NCBI RefSeq assembly: GCF_003334355.1
Contig: NZ_QOWP01000014.1
Source of the DNA: Escherichia coli
GTDB taxonomy: Bacteria > Pseudomonadota > Gammaproteobacteria > Enterobacterales > Enterobacteriaceae
Strand: one strand, 5' to 3'
DNA length: 64,000 nucleotides
This document shows, piece by piece, positions 57,435 to 64,000 of this stretch. Numbering within the stretch: position 1 is the first letter of the stretch; each line of letters opens with the position of its first letter. The position numbers were made by a program, and so were the translations under genes. The notes under the pieces were generated by a model. It was not told the DNA's origin, did not search any database, and saw only the letters and a program-made list of their open reading frames with translations.

Positions 57435-59789
57435 ATGAAAAAACGTATCCCCACTCTCCTGGCCACCATGATTGCCACCGCCCTTTATAGTCAACAGGGA
57501 CTGGCAGCCGACCTCGCCTCACAGTGCATGTTGGGCGTGCCAAGCTATGACCGTCCTCTGGTACAGGGCGATACCAATGACTTACCCGTGACTATCAATG
57601 CTGACCACGCGAAAGGGGACTACCCGGATGACGCCGTGTTTACTGGCAGCGTGGATATCATGCAGGGTAACAGCCGTCTGCAGGCCGACGAAGTGCAGCT
57701 CCATCAAAAAGAGGCACCAGGACAACCGGAGCCGGTACGAACCGTTGATGCGCTCGGTAATGTCCATTACGACGATAACCAGGTGATCCTCAAAGGGCCG
57801 AAAGGCTGGGCGAATCTGAACACCAAAGATACCAACGTCTGGGAAGGTGATTACCAGATGGTGGGTCGCCAGGGTCGCGGTAAAGCGGACCTGATGAAAC
57901 AACGTGGCGAAAACCGCTATACCATTCTGGATAACGGTAGCTTTACCTCCTGTCTGCCGGGTTCTGACACCTGGAGCGTGGTAGGTAGCGAAATTATTCA
58001 TGACCGCGAAGAACAAGTTGCGGAGATCTGGAACGCCCGCTTTAAGGTGGGTCCGGTACCGATCTTTTATAGCCCCTATTTGCAGTTGCCGGTGGGTGAC
58101 AAACGTCGCTCTGGTTTCTTGATCCCGAACGCCAAGTACACCACCACCAACTACTTTGAGTTCTACCTGCCATATTACTGGAACATCGCGCCAAATATGG
58201 ATGCCACCATCACGCCGCATTATATGCATCGTCGTGGCAACATCATGTGGGAGAACGAATTCCGCTACCTCTCCCAGGCGGGCGCTGGCTTGATGGAACT
58301 GGACTATCTGCCTTCAGATAAAGTCTATGAAGATGAACACCCGAACGATGACAGTTCACGTCGTTGGTTATTCTACTGGAACCACTCCGGGGTCATGGAT
58401 CAGGTGTGGCGTTTCAACGTCGACTACACCAAGGTCAGCGATCCTAGCTACTTCAATGATTTCGATAACAAGTACGGTTCCAGTACTGACGGCTACGCAA
58501 CGCAAAAATTCAGCGTTGGCTATGCGGTGCAAAACTTCAATGCCACCGTTTCAACCAAGCAGTTCCAGGTTTTCAGCGAACAGAACACCAGTAGCTACTC
58601 GGCAGAGCCGCAGTTAGACGTTAATTACTACCAGAATGATGTTGGTCCGTTTGATACGCGTATTTACGGCCAGGCAGTGCACTTTGTTAACACCAGAGAC
58701 GACATGCCTGAAGCAACCCGTGTTCACCTGGAACCGACCATCAATTTGCCGCTCTCTAATAACTGGGGCAGCATCAATACCGAAGCGAAGTTGCTGGCAA
58801 CCCATTATCAGCAAACCAATCTTGACTGGTATAACTCCAGAAACACGACCAAGCTGGACGAATCCGTTAACCGCGTAATGCCGCAATTCAAAGTTGACGG
58901 CAAAATGGTCTTTGAACGCGATATGGAAATGCTGGCTCCGGGTTATACCCAAACGCTGGAACCGCGCGCGCAGTATTTGTACGTGCCGTATCGCGATCAG
59001 AGCGACATCTATAACTACGACTCGTCTCTGCTGCAATCTGACTACTCTGGCCTGTTCCGGGACCGGACTTACGGCGGTCTTGACCGTATTGCCTCCGCTA
59101 ACCAGGTGACGACCGGTGTCACATCTCGCATATATGATGATGCTGCCGTTGAACGTTTTAATATTTCCGTTGGTCAAATCTACTATTTCACGGAGTCTCG
59201 CACTGGCGATGACAACATAACATGGGAGAATGACGACAAAACGGGTTCACTGGTGTGGGCAGGCGATACTTACTGGCGTATCTCCGAGCGTTGGGGATTG
59301 CGTGGCGGGATTCAGTACGATACACGTCTGGATAACGTAGCGACCAGTAACTCCAGCATTGAATACCGTCGGGATGAAGACCGTCTGGTACAGCTGAATT
59401 ACCGTTACGCCAGCCCGGAATATATTCAGGCTACGCTGCCTAAGTACTATTCCACTGCTGAGCAATATAAGAATGGTATTTCGCAGGTAGGTGCTGTCGC
59501 CAGCTGGCCAATTGCCGATCGTTGGTCCATTGTTGGGGCCTACTACTACGACACCAATGCGAACAAGCAAGCCGACTCTATGTTAGGTGTGCAATACAGC
59601 TCCTGCTGCTATGCAATTCGCGTCGGTTACGAGCGGAAGCTGAACGGTTGGGATAACGATAAACAACATGCGGTATATGACAACGCAATCGGCTTTAACA
59701 TCGAACTTCGCGGCCTGAGCTCCAACTACGGTCTGGGTACGCAAGAGATGCTGCGTTCGAACATTCTGCCGTATCAAAACACTTTGTGA
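57435..59789 (+). CDS. lptD: LPS-assembly outer membrane protein LptD (Imp/OstA)
   Basis: 784-aa ORF; signal peptide [24 protein letters not shown]; beta-barrel-rich C-terminus. Confidence 0.97.
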
Positions 59790-59841
59790 TTTGTTGATTT
59801 ACCACGTAATCCGCAGTGCGGTTAATTGAAATGGAAAAAGT

Positions 59842-62935
<3,094 letters not shown>

Positions 62936-62937
62936 CG

Positions 62938-63315
62938 ATGATCAATTCGCCCCGAGTGTGTATTCAGGTTCAAAGCGTCTACATTGAGGCACAATCTTCA
63001 CCTGATAATGAACGTTACGTTTTTGCTTATACCGTAACCATACGCAATCTGGGGCGAGCGCCAGTGCAGTTGTTGGGGCGTTACTGGCTGATCACCAATG
63101 GCAATGGCCGTGAAACCGAAGTCCAGGGCGAAGGAGTGGTTGGCGTCCAGCCACTTATCGCGCCTGGCGAAGAGTACCAGTACACCAGCGGTGCAATCAT
63201 TGAAACCCCGCTGGGCACCATGCAGGGTCACTACGAAATGATCGATGAAAATGGCGTCCCTTTCAGCATCGACATTCCCGTATTCCGACTCGCCGTTCCC
63301 ACACTCATTCATTAA
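62938..63315 (+). CDS. apaG: ApaG (DUF525) protein
   Basis: 125 aa from internal ATG ([21 protein letters not shown]...); track ORF extends 18 codons upstream into rsmA. Confidence 0.93.
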   Translation: MINSPRVCIQVQSVYIEAQSSPDNERYVFAYTVTIRNLGRAPVQLLGRYWLITNGNGRETEVQGEGVVGVQPLIAPGEEYQYTSGAIIETPLGTMQGHYEMIDENGVPFSIDIPVFRLAVPTLIH

Positions 63316-63320
63316 AAGAA

Positions 63321-64000
63321 TATGGCGACATACCTTATTGGCGACGTTCATGGTTGTTACGATGAACTGATCGCATTGCTGCATAAAGTAGAATTTACCC
63401 CTGGGAAAGATACCCTCTGGCTAACGGGCGATCTGGTCGCGCGCGGCCCGGGTTCGCTGGATGTTCTGCGCTATGTGAAATCCTTAGGCGACAGCGTACG
63501 TCTGGTGCTGGGCAATCACGATCTGCATCTGCTGGCGGTATTTGCCGGGATCAGCCGCAATAAACCGAAAGATCGCCTGACACCGCTGCTGGAAGCGCCG
63601 GATGCCGACGAGCTGCTTAACTGGCTGCGTCGCCAGCCTTTGCTGCAAATCGACGAAGAGAAAAAGTTGGTGATGGCCCACGCAGGGATCACGCCGCAGT
63701 GGGATCTACAGACCGCCAAAGAGTGCGCGCGCGATGTAGAAGCGGTGCTATCGAGTGACTCCTATCCCTTCTTTCTCGACGCTATGTACGGCGATATGCC
63801 AAATAACTGGTCACCGGAATTGCGGGGGCTGGGAAGACTGCGTTTTATCACCAACGCTTTTACCCGTATGCGTTTTTGCTTCCCGAACGGTCAACTGGAT
63901 ATGTACAGCAAAGAATCGCCGGAAGAGGCCCCTGCCCCACTGAAACCGTGGTTTGCGATTCCTGGCCCTGTCGCTGAAGAATACAGCATCGCCTTTGGTC
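63321..64000 (+). CDS. apaH: Bis(5'-nucleosyl)-tetraphosphatase (symmetrical) ApaH, 5' portion only
   Basis: Own translation from ATG 63321: [45 protein letters not shown]...; metallophosphatase motifs GDVHG and GNHD; runs off the window so absent from ORF track. Confidence 0.9.

Overview
This window reads as the well-characterised 2-minute region of an Escherichia coli-type chromosome, densely packed with conserved core genes and showing no sign of a novel or accessory system. In window order: the 3' end of hofB, then hofC, guaC, coaE-zapD-yacG, mutT, secM-secA, the complete dcw cell-wall/division cluster (mraZ through lpxC, reverse strand), cra, ilvIH, leuO, leuLABCD, setA, sgrR with the divergent sgrS/sgrT, the TPP riboswitch and thiBPQ, yabI, araC and araBAD, polB, rapA, rluA, djlA, lptD, surA-pdxA-rsmA-apaG and the 5' end of apaH. 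Every ORF of convincing length is a recognisable housekeeping gene whose length matches the E. coli protein as I remember it. I found no integrase, transposase, IS element, prophage remnant, CRISPR array, toxin-antitoxin pair or defence-like cluster. All identifications come from reading the supplied translations and sequence; no database search was run. The only non-genic elements are four REP/BIME clusters at convergent or 3' junctions, several intrinsic-terminator hairpins, and known regulatory sites. The findings are therefore modest observations, most of them known biology visible in the sequence, plus two or three small things worth a second look: the mutT 3' end inside a REP, a terminator-like hairpin in the cra-mraZ spacer, and the araD terminator overlapping the polB promoter.
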